Assembly: GCA_963749075.1 (NCBI GenBank)
Contig: CAVVLJ010000017.1
Span: 640,001-704,000 of the forward strand
DNA from: an uncultured Pseudomonadota bacterium
Lineage (GTDB): Bacteria > Pseudomonadota > Alphaproteobacteria > JACZXZ01
Direction: 5' to 3'
Length of the DNA: 64,000 nucleotides
Below the pieces are notes generated by a model that saw nothing but the letters and a program-made list of their open reading frames with translations, was not told the DNA's origin and did not search any database. This document shows, in pieces, positions 10,109 to 19,408 of this stretch (the stretch's first letter is position 1; each line of letters starts with the position of its first letter). The translations under genes were made by a program, and so were the position numbers.

Positions 10109-10585
10109 GTGAGCGAGCGACCCGCCCCGCTCTCCTCCCTCGCCGAGCTCAAGGCGCGCTTGGCAACCGGCGAGCGCCTCCTCGGCCTCGACGTGGGGAG
10201 CAAGACGATCGGCCTGGCACTCTCCGACACTACGCTCACCGTGGCCTCGCCCATGGAGACCATCCGTCGCGGCAAGTTCGCGGCCGACGCCGAGCGGCTG
10301 CGGCGGATCATCGCCGAGCAGGGCGTGGGCGGCCTCGTCGTGGGGCTGCCGATCAACATGGACGGCAGCGAGGGGCCGCGCTGCCAGTCGGTGCGCCAGT
10401 TCGCCCAGAACCTCCTCGCCCGCGTCACACTCCCCCTCGCCTTCTGGGACGAGCGCCTCTCGACCGCGGCGGTGACGCGCACGCTCCTCGAGGCCGACAT
10501 GTCGAGGAAGCGCCGCGCCGAGACGGTCGACAAGCTGGCCGCCGCCTATATCCTCCAGGGCGCGCTCGACGCCGGCCGCGGCTGA
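10109..10585 (+). CDS. ruvX: Holliday junction resolvase / pre-16S nuclease RuvX (YqgF)
   Basis: [49 protein letters not shown]. Confidence 0.95.
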   Translation: MSERPAPLSSLAELKARLATGERLLGLDVGSKTIGLALSDTTLTVASPMETIRRGKFAADAERLRRIIAEQGVGGLVVGLPINMDGSEGPRCQSVRQFAQNLLARVTLPLAFWDERLSTAAVTRTLLEADMSRKRRAETVDKLAAAYILQGALDAGRG

Positions 10586-10598
10586 GCGGCGGCAAGGC

Positions 10599-10749
10599 TA
10601 ATGCGTCAGTTTCACCTCATCCTTCGAGACGCCGCCTAAGGCGGCTCCTCAGGATGAGGTGAAACCCCTAGCACCGGGTCCTCATCCTGAGGAGCGTCGC
10701 GCATGCGACGCGTCTCGAAGGATGAGGATCCAGCCGGACTGACCCACTA
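10599..10749. repeat. nested palindromic MITE-like element (two CCTCATCCT...AGGATGAGG hairpins inside terminal IRs)
   Basis: Hairpins at 10609-10665 and 10679-10728 are inverted relative to each other; outer TAATGCGTCAGT / ACTGACCCACTA is a 10/12 inverted match. Confidence 0.8.
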
Positions 10750-10822
10750 TCTGGGCAATGCGGCCGTTGACAATCCGGGCGACGGGAGTAGCGTTTCGGG
10801 GAAGCCGCACGGGAGCATCCCA

Positions 10823-11704
10823 ATGAGCGTTCTCGCCGTCAATCAAGGGCCGCGCTACCGCCGTCTCGCGGGCGAGGCGGCAGCTTACGAGAAGATCTCG
10901 GTCGACAAGCTGACCCCCATCATCGGCGCCGAGATCGGCGGGGTGAGGCTGGCCGGGCCGCTCGACAACCGCACGCTCGACGAGATCAACCGCGCGCTCG
11001 CCGAGAACCTGGTGCTCTTCTTCCGCGACCAGGAGCTGACGCCGGAGCAGCACCTCGGCTTCGGCCGCCTCTTCGGCGAGCTCCACCTCCATCCGGCGGC
11101 ACCCCACGCGCCGGGCCGGCCGGAGCTCATGATCGTCCATGCCGACAAGGAGAGCTTCCGCGCCAACGGCGAGGGCTGGCACAGCGACGTGTCCTGCGAT
11201 GCCGAGCCGCCCATGGGCAGCATCCTCTACATCAAGACCTGCCCGCTCCAGGGCGGCGATACCCTCTTCGCCAGCATGTATGCGGCCTACGAGGCGCTCT
11301 CCGAGCGCATGAAGACCTACCTCGAGGGGCTCTCCGCCGTGCACGACGGCGAGCCCGCCTATCGCGGCACCTACGCCAACTACGGCATCGTGGACAAGGC
11401 GAGCTATCCGCGCGCCGAGCACCCGGTCGTGCGCACCCATCCCGTGACCGGGCGCCAGGCGCTCTACGTCAACCGCGGCTTCACCACGCACATCCTCGGC
11501 ATCCCGCGCGACGAGAGCGACGGCGTGCTCGCCTACCTCTTCGCGCACATGGAGAACCCGCTCTTCCAGTGCCGCTTCCGCTGGCGCGCCAACTCGCTTG
11601 CCTTCTGGGACAACCGCTCAACGCAGCACCGCGCCATGTGGGACTATTGGCCGCACACCCGCTCCGGCTTCCGCGTGACCGTGCGCGGGGAGAAGCCGGT
11701 CTGA
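10823..11704 (+). CDS. TauD/TfdA family 2-oxoglutarate/Fe(II) dioxygenase
   Basis: LTPIIGAEI, GWHSDVS (HxD), GGDTLFA, HPVVRTHPVTG, FWDNRSTQHRA. Confidence 0.92.
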   Translation: MSVLAVNQGPRYRRLAGEAAAYEKISVDKLTPIIGAEIGGVRLAGPLDNRTLDEINRALAENLVLFFRDQELTPEQHLGFGRLFGELHLHPAAPHAPGRPELMIVHADKESFRANGEGWHSDVSCDAEPPMGSILYIKTCPLQGGDTLFASMYAAYEALSERMKTYLEGLSAVHDGEPAYRGTYANYGIVDKASYPRAEHPVVRTHPVTGRQALYVNRGFTTHILGIPRDESDGVLAYLFAHMENPLFQCRFRWRANSLAFWDNRSTQHRAMWDYWPHTRSGFRVTVRGEKPV

Positions 11705-11726
11705 CGCCGCCCGCGGGCGGTGCGGC

Positions 11727-12647
11727 ATGAGGCCGGTCCTCCTCGCGGTCGTCCCGGTCTTCCTCGTCATCGTGCTGGGCGCCGTCCTGCGCCGGCTCGG
11801 CTTTCCCGGCGACGCCTTCTGGCAGCAGACCAACCGCGTCAATTATTACCTCTTCTTTCCCGCCCTCCTGGTGCACACGCTGGCGCGCGCCAGCTTCCGC
11901 GGCGCCGGCATCGTCCCCATGCTGGGCTCGACCGCCTTCGCCATCCTCGCGACCAGCCTCCTCCTCTTCCTGCTGCGTCCGGCGCTCCGCATAGGCGGCC
12001 CCGCCTTCAGCTCGGTCTTCCAGGGGGCGGTGCGCCAGAACACCTTCGTCGGCCTCGCCGCGGCGGCGAGCCTCTACGGCCAGGAGGGCCTGACGCTGGC
12101 GGCCGTGCTGCTCGCGGGCTACGTGCCGCTGGTGAACCCGATCTGCATCGCCGTCTTGGTGCGCTACGGCAGCCGCGGCGGCGGCAGCGGCGGGGCCGCC
12201 CGCATGGCCGCCGAGATCGTGAAGAACCCGATCCCCATCGCTTGTGCTGTCGGCCTCTTCCTCGACCTCTCCGGCATCGGCCTGCCCTTCGGCTCAGCCG
12301 AGCTCCTCGGCATCCTCGGCGAGGCGTCGCTCGCGCTCGGGCTGCTCGCCACGGGTGCCGGGCTCGAGGCCATGGCGGTGCGCCGCCTGGGGCTGCCGAT
12401 CCTCGTGGCCTCGCTCGCCAAGCTCGTCCTCCTGCCGCTCCTCGTGGCGCTCCCGCTCGCCTTCCTCGGGGTGCACGGCTTGGCGCTCTCGATCGCCGTG
12501 CTCTTCGCGTCGCTGCCGAGCGCCTCGGGCTCCTACGTGCTGGCGGCGGTGCTCGGCGGCGATGCGGCACTCATGGCCGCCATCCTGGTGGTCGAGACCG
12601 CACTCGCCGTCGCCACCATGCCGGCGGCCCTGCTCCTTCTCACCTGA
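11727..12647 (+). CDS. AEC family transporter
   Basis: About 10 TM segments; YYLFFPALL, NTFVGL, IVKNPI, LPSASGSYVLA. Confidence 0.88.
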   Translation: MRPVLLAVVPVFLVIVLGAVLRRLGFPGDAFWQQTNRVNYYLFFPALLVHTLARASFRGAGIVPMLGSTAFAILATSLLLFLLRPALRIGGPAFSSVFQGAVRQNTFVGLAAAASLYGQEGLTLAAVLLAGYVPLVNPICIAVLVRYGSRGGGSGGAARMAAEIVKNPIPIACAVGLFLDLSGIGLPFGSAELLGILGEASLALGLLATGAGLEAMAVRRLGLPILVASLAKLVLLPLLVALPLAFLGVHGLALSIAVLFASLPSASGSYVLAAVLGGDAALMAAILVVETALAVATMPAALLLLT

Positions 12648-12705
12648 GCGGGCTTCTCAGCTGAGCGCTGTTGACGCGAGCGGGCCGGCGCGCTAGAGCG
12701 GCCGG

Positions 12706-13197
12706 GTGTCCGCCGCCAGGCCCAAAGCCGAGACCCCCGCCATCCGCCCGGCGACGCTTGCCGACGTGCCGGCGCTGGTCGAGCTGGAGAACCGCATCTT
12801 CGCGGGCGACCGGCTCAGCCCGCGGAGCTTCCGCCATCTCATCGCCCACGGCCATGCCGCGGTCCTCGTCGAGGAGCGGGAGGGGCAGATCCGCGGCCTG
12901 GCCGTGCTGTTCTTCCGCCGCGGCAGCAGGGCTTCCCGCCTCTACTCCTTCGCCGTGGCGCCGGAGCATCGCGGCCGCGGCCTGGCCAAGGCGCTCCTCG
13001 AAGCTGCCGAGCGCGCGGCTGGGGCGCACGGCTGCACGGCGCTGCGGCTCGAGGTGCACAAGGAGAACCACCAGGCGCAGGCGGTCTATCGCAAGGCCGG
13101 CTACCACGCCTTCGCCAGCTACCCCGCCTATTACCACGACGGCGGCACAGCACTCCGCATGGAGAAGCGCCTCGAGGGCGGCCGGGCGGGCGCCTGA
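12706..13197 (+). CDS. GNAT (RimI-like) N-acetyltransferase
   Basis: RLYSFAVAPEHRGRGLAKALL, LRLEVHKEN..AQAVYRKAGY, YYHDGGTALRMEK. Confidence 0.88.
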   Translation: MSAARPKAETPAIRPATLADVPALVELENRIFAGDRLSPRSFRHLIAHGHAAVLVEEREGQIRGLAVLFFRRGSRASRLYSFAVAPEHRGRGLAKALLEAAERAAGAHGCTALRLEVHKENHQAQAVYRKAGYHAFASYPAYYHDGGTALRMEKRLEGGRAGA

Positions 13198-13477
13198 GGG
13201 GCGGCGGCGCGCCGCCGCCGCAGTTTTTTCGCGCGGAGGCAAATTTGCAGTTGAGGCTGCGGCGGGAATCGACGACGATCCGACCCTAGCCCTGATGCCA
13301 GGGCGGGACGGACGATCCGAGCGATGAGCCTGACCCTCGTGTGGACCGCAAAGGCCACAGCACCGCGACAAGCTGCTCCGACATGCCGACTGCGAGCAAC
13401 GACCCCGAGTGCTACGCCCGCGCGATGCGGGCGCAAGCGACGGCGGCTCTGACCATCGCCATGCCCAGGGCCGGCGC

Positions 13478-15043
13478 ATGACCGCGCATATCATCATCGT
13501 CGACCGGCGGGGCGACTTCAAATGGGACGAGGCCGGCCACCCGGTGGCGACCGCGCGCGAGTACCTCTCGCGCCCGGAGGCCTTCATGTCGCGCTACCCG
13601 CGCATCATCAACCTCTGCCGCGACTACGACTACATGAGCTACGGCTACTACTGCTCGCTCCTTGCCGAGGCGCGCGGCGAGCGCGTCATCCCCTCGGTCT
13701 CGACCATCCTCGACCTCTCGCGCAAGTCGATCTACGGCCTCGCCCTCGACGAGCTCGACGAGCTCCTCGAGAAGACCGCCAAGAAGGACGCCAAAGGCAC
13801 CTCCGGGTCCTTCGCCCTCCACGTCTTCTTCGGCATGCCCGAGGAGGAGCGCTACCAGGACCTGGCGCACCAGATCTTCGACCTCTTCCGCTGCCCGCTC
13901 CTCAAGGTGCAGATCAACCCGGGCGAGAAGTGGCGCGTCACCTCGATCGAGCCGGTGCCGCTCAACGAGGTCAAGCCCGAGCAGGAGCCCCTCTTCGTGC
14001 GGGCGCTCGAGGCCTACACAAGGGTCGCCTGGCGGCCGCCCAAGGCCAAGCCGCCGCCGCGCTTCTATCTCGCCGTGCTGCACAGCCCGCAGGAGGCCCT
14101 CCCGCCCTCCTCGCCGCGCACGCTGCAGAAGATCGTCAAGGTCGGCGAGCAGATGAACATCGAGGTCGAGCTCGTCGAGAAGAAGGACTACCACCGCATC
14201 GCCGAGTTCGACGCGCTCTTCATCCGCGAGACCACGGCGCTCGACCACCACACCTACCGCTTCGCCAAGAAGGCGGAATACGAGGGCATGGTGGTGATCG
14301 ACGACTCCACCTCGATCCTCCGCTGCACCAACAAGGTCTATTTGGCCGAGCTCCTGCGCTCGCACCGCGTGCCGACGCCGCGCACCCTCGTCGTCGACCG
14401 CGCGCGCATGGGCGAGATCGAGGCGGAGTTCGGCTATCCCCTCGTGCTCAAGATACCCGACGGCTCGTTTTCGCGCGGCATCCACAAGGTGACGGGCAAG
14501 CAGGAGCTCAAGGACCTCTCGGCCGAGCTCTTCCGCCGCTCCGAGCTCATCATCGCCCAGGAGTTCGTGCCGACCCAGTTCGACTGGCGCATCGGCATCC
14601 TCAATGGCCGCGCCGTCTACGCCTGCCAGTATTTCATGTCGCGCAACCACTGGCAGATCGTGAAGCACAGCGCGAGCGGCCGCTTCTCCGAGGGCGGCTG
14701 CAAGACGCTCGCGGTCGAGGAGGCGCCGCCATCCGTGGTCGATGCCGCGGTCAAGGCGGCGCGCCTCATCGGCGACGGCCTCTACGGCGTCGACCTCAAG
14801 GAGACCGAGCGCGGACCCGTGGTCATCGAGATCAACGACAACGCCAGCATCGACACGGGCTACGAGGACACCGTGCTCAAGGACGAGCTCTACCGCATCA
14901 TCCTCGGCGAGTTCGTCCGCCGCCTCGAGGCGCAGATGGAGCCGATCGGGGTCAATGGCGGGGAGGCGCCCCGCCCGGCAGTCACGAGTGTCGCGAGCGC
15001 GATCGAGCCCGCGCTGCCGTTTGAGGTGGGGAGGAAGGAGTGA
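13478..15043 (+). CDS. RimK-family ATP-grasp ligase with RLAN N-terminal domain
   Basis: IINLCRDYDYMSYGYYCSLLAEARG (RLAN), CTNKVYL, VLKIPDGSFSRG, QEFVPTQFDWRIG, GLYGVDLK, IEINDN. Confidence 0.9.
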   Translation: MTAHIIIVDRRGDFKWDEAGHPVATAREYLSRPEAFMSRYPRIINLCRDYDYMSYGYYCSLLAEARGERVIPSVSTILDLSRKSIYGLALDELDELLEKTAKKDAKGTSGSFALHVFFGMPEEERYQDLAHQIFDLFRCPLLKVQINPGEKWRVTSIEPVPLNEVKPEQEPLFVRALEAYTRVAWRPPKAKPPPRFYLAVLHSPQEALPPSSPRTLQKIVKVGEQMNIEVELVEKKDYHRIAEFDALFIRETTALDHHTYRFAKKAEYEGMVVIDDSTSILRCTNKVYLAELLRSHRVPTPRTLVVDRARMGEIEAEFGYPLVLKIPDGSFSRGIHKVTGKQELKDLSAELFRRSELIIAQEFVPTQFDWRIGILNGRAVYACQYFMSRNHWQIVKHSASGRFSEGGCKTLAVEEAPPSVVDAAVKAARLIGDGLYGVDLKETERGPVVIEINDNASIDTGYEDTVLKDELYRIILGEFVRRLEAQMEPIGVNGGEAPRPAVTSVASAIEPALPFEVGRKE

Positions 15044-15156
15044 GGCGGGTTGGAGCGGCCGCTATAATTCCGGGTCGGCAGATCAATTCACGGTTGCAAT
15101 CGTTCTTGTTTTGTGCTAAAGACATTAGCCAAGACGGCGGCCCACAAGGCCTCGCG

Positions 15157-15186
15157 TTGACAGGGGAAGCCACCACAACATATCGT
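15157..15186 (+). promoter_or_regulatory. candidate sigma70 promoter of the R-M operon
   Basis: TTGACA-N18-TATCGT about 45 nt upstream of the MTase ATG. Confidence 0.4.
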
Positions 15187-15230
15187 GGTTCACCCGCATA
15201 GCCGAGATTTGCAGCGGAGGGACACTGGTC

Positions 15231-16169
15231 GTGGACATGGCATTTGCAGCCACCGGCAAGGGCCGCTCAGATCGCGACGCGATCATGGCTTGCGAGGACA
15301 ATCTCGCATTCATGCGCCGGCTGCCGAGGGAGTCGATGCAATTGATCGTGACGTCCCCGCCCTACAACATCGGCAAGGCTTACGAAGCCAAGTCGCCGCT
15401 CGATGCTTATGTCCAGGCGCAGGCGGAGGTGATCGCCGAGTGCGTGCGCCTGCTACACCCGCGCGGCTCGCTCTGCTGGCAAGTCGGGAACCACGTCCAG
15501 AAGGGAGAAATCTTCCCGCTCGACATCGTGCTCTACCCCCTATTCCGAGGACATGGCCTCAGACTGCGCAACCGCATCGTCTGGCATTTCGAGCATGGCC
15601 TGCACTGCTCCAAGCGGCTCTCCGGCCGCTACGAGACCATCATGTGGTTCACCAAGTCGGACGATTACGTCTTCAACCTTGACGCTGTCAGGGTTCCCTC
15701 GAAGTACCCTGGAAAGAAATATTTCAAGGGACCGAAGGTAGGCCAACTTTCCGGCAATCCGCTCGGCAAGAATCCGAGCGATGTGTGGATATTTCCGAAC
15801 GTAAAGAACAATCACGTCGAGAAGACGATCCACCCTTGCCAATTCCCGATCGAGCTTGTCGAACGTCTCGTGTTGTCGCTGACGAATCCGGGTGATGCGG
15901 TGTTTGATCCATGCATGGGTGTCGGGTCCACCGTCGTCGGTGCGCTCAAGCACGGCCGCGCCGGCTATGGCTGCGACATCGTACAAGAATACGTCGATGT
16001 CGCGTGGCGTCGCGTCCGTAAGCTTCGCGCCGGCACGCTTAGAACGCGCCCCATGGATAGGCCCGTCTATGATCCAGCCAAACCCCACGGCGGCCAAAGA
16101 GAACCCCGTCACGCCCGCCGGCAAAAGTCCCTCTTGTCGATCGTGGCGGAACTCGAGCGTGGCCTATGA
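15231..16169 (+). CDS. site-specific DNA methyltransferase, beta class N4-cytosine type (M.BglII/BstYI-like)
   Basis: LIVTSPPYN catalytic motif before HPCQFP and VFDPCMGVGST SAM motif; ATGA-coupled to the REase. Confidence 0.9.
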   Translation: MDMAFAATGKGRSDRDAIMACEDNLAFMRRLPRESMQLIVTSPPYNIGKAYEAKSPLDAYVQAQAEVIAECVRLLHPRGSLCWQVGNHVQKGEIFPLDIVLYPLFRGHGLRLRNRIVWHFEHGLHCSKRLSGRYETIMWFTKSDDYVFNLDAVRVPSKYPGKKYFKGPKVGQLSGNPLGKNPSDVWIFPNVKNNHVEKTIHPCQFPIELVERLVLSLTNPGDAVFDPCMGVGSTVVGALKHGRAGYGCDIVQEYVDVAWRRVRKLRAGTLRTRPMDRPVYDPAKPHGGQREPRHARRQKSLLSIVAELERGL

Positions 16170-16777
16170 GACTCGTCACCCGATATTCGCATCTGAATGG
16201 GCTGGAGTATCTTAAGGTTCATAAGCCGAAGCTTTGGCGGGAGATACGCAGCGTCATCTCGCGGGTCGATGCGGCCACTTGCCGGACCAAGGTCTCGAAA
16301 GAGGTGCGCACGAAGGACAAGCTGCTGTACTCGCCGATCGAGCTGAACAAGGCGGTGAAGGGCGGCTTCAGGGCGCACGGCTGGAGCGAAAGCCGCACGT
16401 CTTATTGGGTTACCTCGGACGCGCGGCTCATCCGCAAGACGATGCACATGACGCCGGCCCAGCAGAAGGCCAAGATCGAAGCGTCGGGTCGCACCCCGAT
16501 TTACTCCTTTAACCAAACCGACTTCGTGAAAGAGCGCGTCGCCGTCGAGGTGCAGTTCGGCAAGTACGCCTTTGTCGCCTACGACCTCTTCGTGAAGCAC
16601 ATGGCATTCTTTGTCGGCGACGTAATCGACGTAGGGATCGAAATTCTGCCCATGAAGGAGTTGCAACAAGAGATGTCGTCCGGCGTCGGCTATTACGAGG
16701 GCGAGCTTTACAACCTAATTCGAGAAGGAAGGAGCATTCCGGCGGTGCCCCTTGTTCTGATCGGGGTTGCTGCTTAG
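16166..16777 (+). CDS. BglII/BstYI family type II restriction endonuclease
   Basis: SPIELNK, QTDFVKERVAVEVQFGKY (D...E-x-Q active site), IDVGIEILP. Confidence 0.88.
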   Translation: MRLVTRYSHLNGLEYLKVHKPKLWREIRSVISRVDAATCRTKVSKEVRTKDKLLYSPIELNKAVKGGFRAHGWSESRTSYWVTSDARLIRKTMHMTPAQQKAKIEASGRTPIYSFNQTDFVKERVAVEVQFGKYAFVAYDLFVKHMAFFVGDVIDVGIEILPMKELQQEMSSGVGYYEGELYNLIREGRSIPAVPLVLIGVAA

Positions 16778-16885
16778 ATTGAATTTGGCGACATACTGCT
16801 TTGTCATCTATTCCTCGGCAGAGCCGACTTCCAAGGCAGCGAGTCGCCCGGCGTACCGTGGCAGCCGCCAGCGCTCTCGGCATGG

Positions 16886-18034
16886 CTACCGACGTATGGC
16901 CTTCCGACGGGCTTTCGGCCGCAGCACCAGCATTAATTCGTCCGCGTGGTGGCGCGCCGCTCGGCCAGACAGTTCGTCTCCGTCCGTCCGTGTCCCACCA
17001 AGGGTACTGAACGTGCTCTTTACCCTACGTTCTTCTAGCCGGAAGTGCCGCTGTGCTATTTCGCGCACAAGATTTCCTGAAAGGCCATTAGAACAATCGT
17101 AGTTCGGGAATGTAACTATACCCGTTGCACCGACACACGATAATGTGCGCAGCAAGTCTTCGAGTGCGCCTGCGGATTCGCCTTTGAGACTGTATTTTGA
17201 GCGTGGCCGGTGCCGCGGAGCGGGATATCGTCCCACACCTGATACTGCGCCGCACTTGCCGACCGCTATTGTTTCGAGGACGTGATAGAATCGGCTGTAG
17301 TGAACCCCTGAATAGGGCGGATCGATAAAGACGAGGTCGCCGGCCCGGAGCGTGGGGACTATTCTATTTGCATCTGACCGCTCAGCATGTCCCTGTCGTT
17401 GCGCAAACTCCAGAGAAATCTGTTCGAATGCTTCCCGCGTCACGTCGGCAATATCACGCTTCCACGCGTCCGCTATAAACCGCTTTGCGGTTCTTGTCGG
17501 TTGAAATGGCTGCGCGGTGTGTCCCGGCGCGGCAGCCGACTTGCTAGCGGCATGGATGAGCGCCGCAAGAGCTACGGTTTTGTCCGGCTTTCGCGTTGGC
17601 AGACTTGCTCTCAACGCGTCAATCCAAGTTGCTTGTTCCGGACTAAAGTAATGTCCACCATACGCTTGGGTGACGACTCCCGATTGCGCAGCGCTCCATT
17701 TGCGATAGTCGGCGACAACAGAACGCGTGAGTCTCTCAGACCAAGGTACAGAGACCTTGTCTAACCATGCCTGCGCGGAGGCATGCCATTTCCTCCACAC
17801 TGCTCTCGCGCCGAGCGCGGCTACGCGACCGATAACGGCCTCAGCCAATACCACGCTATATTGTTGAAGATCGACAGCCAACACCGGAAGGGCAAAGCGC
17901 CGAGCCGCAAACGAAGCTACAGCGCCTGAGCCAGCGAATAAGTCCACAAAACGATCCGCCGAAGCGAGCTCCTTTTCAAGAAGGAGCCCGAGGCCGTTCC
18001 GCAGCATCGCCCGTTTGGACCCCATATATTTCAA
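16886..18034 (-). CDS. DNA adenine methyltransferase (D12/Dam class, alpha motif order)
   Basis: MKYMGSK (TTG start), FVDLFAGSGAV, LVFIDPPYSGVHYSRFYHVLETI. Confidence 0.88.
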   Translation of the reverse strand: MKYMGSKRAMLRNGLGLLLEKELASADRFVDLFAGSGAVASFAARRFALPVLAVDLQQYSVVLAEAVIGRVAALGARAVWRKWHASAQAWLDKVSVPWSERLTRSVVADYRKWSAAQSGVVTQAYGGHYFSPEQATWIDALRASLPTRKPDKTVALAALIHAASKSAAAPGHTAQPFQPTRTAKRFIADAWKRDIADVTREAFEQISLEFAQRQGHAERSDANRIVPTLRAGDLVFIDPPYSGVHYSRFYHVLETIAVGKCGAVSGVGRYPAPRHRPRSKYSLKGESAGALEDLLRTLSCVGATGIVTFPNYDCSNGLSGNLVREIAQRHFRLEERRVKSTFSTLGGTRTDGDELSGRAARHHADELMLVLRPKARRKAIRR

Positions 18035-18057
18035 GTCTCACCTATACCCAACCGCCT

Positions 18058-19406
18058 TCAGCTTGGAGTCAAACTCCAAACGGCTACGCGCTCGCAACTG
18101 CCAAGCCCGACAAGCGCTTGACCGAGCTCACTTCCAACGCGGAAGAATGTCTGCTCCTCCCGTGGATGCCTGTTTTGAAAGATGTCGAGATCCCGCAAGA
18201 GCGGCTCTATATCCGCCCAGAGATCAAGTAGATCGTCCGCGCCCTTTGCATTATCCCACAGTCCACGCGATTGGCCCATACGCTCCCACCAGAAAGCTAT
18301 GGCATCGGACGTGAATCCCACTGATTGAAAGAGATCCGCGATCGAGCCCGATGCGACACGCAACAAGAGCGTCGCCCGCGCAACGATGGCGGAATGGCTA
18401 TTCTCCCTCGTTCCTGGCGAGATTCTTCGAGAATTCGAAAATGCTCAGGTTATCGGGGGCATTATTGCGGCAAAGGAACTTAAGCCATCGTTCTGCCGCG
18501 TCCTTGGAGAAACCCTGATTTTCCACAACCCTGGACGCGAGTTGCCGAAATCCTGTTGGATCGCGCGCGGCCGAAACGCCATTTTGTCCCTTGAAAATGG
18601 ATTCTACCGCCAAGCGCAGAATATGGCGATCAATCGTGTCAAACCGAGAGGGCTGGGAGGGCTCCAGAGCGAGCCAGATGTCTCGTGCGAACGTGAGCGT
18701 CTTGGATGGATCAAGACACCATGCATCCGGCATCCCGTCCGGACGGTAGCTCGAACTCGTTTCGAGCTTCTCTATCCTCCGTAGGCAATTGAAGATCCAT
18801 GCCCCATTGCAGAAACCATTCCTTGGCCTGAGGTGCGGCAACACTGCCACCGCCCAGCGGTGCAAGCCAGTCGTCCAACGTACGACCGTTAGGTCGTACG
18901 ATCGAGGCGAACAGATCACCAGACATAGGTTGTGCGCACCAATATTCCAGGCAGTCCCAAACAAATACATGGGTCGATGATTGGGCTCTCAATGCGGCCA
19001 CCGAATTGGGGGCGTCAATGACGAAATGGTACCTGTCAAAGACGCCCACGCCAGTTGTCGCGAGAAGCGACATCGCAGCTCGAAGCTCGGCGTAATAGGC
19101 TAGGTGGCGCGCCCTGTGGGGATCGCCGCGTAAGAGGGAGGAGATCGCCTTTCCGAGGTAACTCCACCCATCTGTACAATGCAGTAGACAGCTAGCTGCG
19201 ATGTATTGCGACAATTGACGTGGCCTTTTAAGGGCACCGGCTTTGCTTTCGAAAGCTATCTTCTTCTTTGTATCGATCACATACCAGTTTCGCTCACCGA
19301 CCCATCTTGAGGTTTTTGCAAAGTGCCTCAAGCCCGCCAGGGTCTTTTCGACATTTTTGCGCTTCAGCGATTGGACCGCGCCAAAATTGTGAGGGCTAAG
19401 TGACAT
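18058..19406 (-). pseudogene. HEPN-like domain protein (about 450 aa), split by two +1 frameshifts (pseudogene or sequencing error)
   Basis: ORFs 18711-19406, 18398-~18755 and 18058-~18420 join after removing one base each near 18755 and 18423; motifs ARHLAYYAELRAAMSLLA, SSTH and repaired RNESSY. Confidence 0.65.
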
Positions 19407-19408
19407 AG

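Noticed and set aside
15050-15230. tRNA or integrase attachment site at the island's left edge
   Set aside because: No tRNA cloverleaf, T-loop motif or recombinase seen; only an 8-bp match to the pyrB promoter, too short to call.
18740-18770. programmed ribosomal frameshift in the HEPN-like gene
   Set aside because: No slippery heptamer visible, and several other single-base indels nearby point to error or decay.
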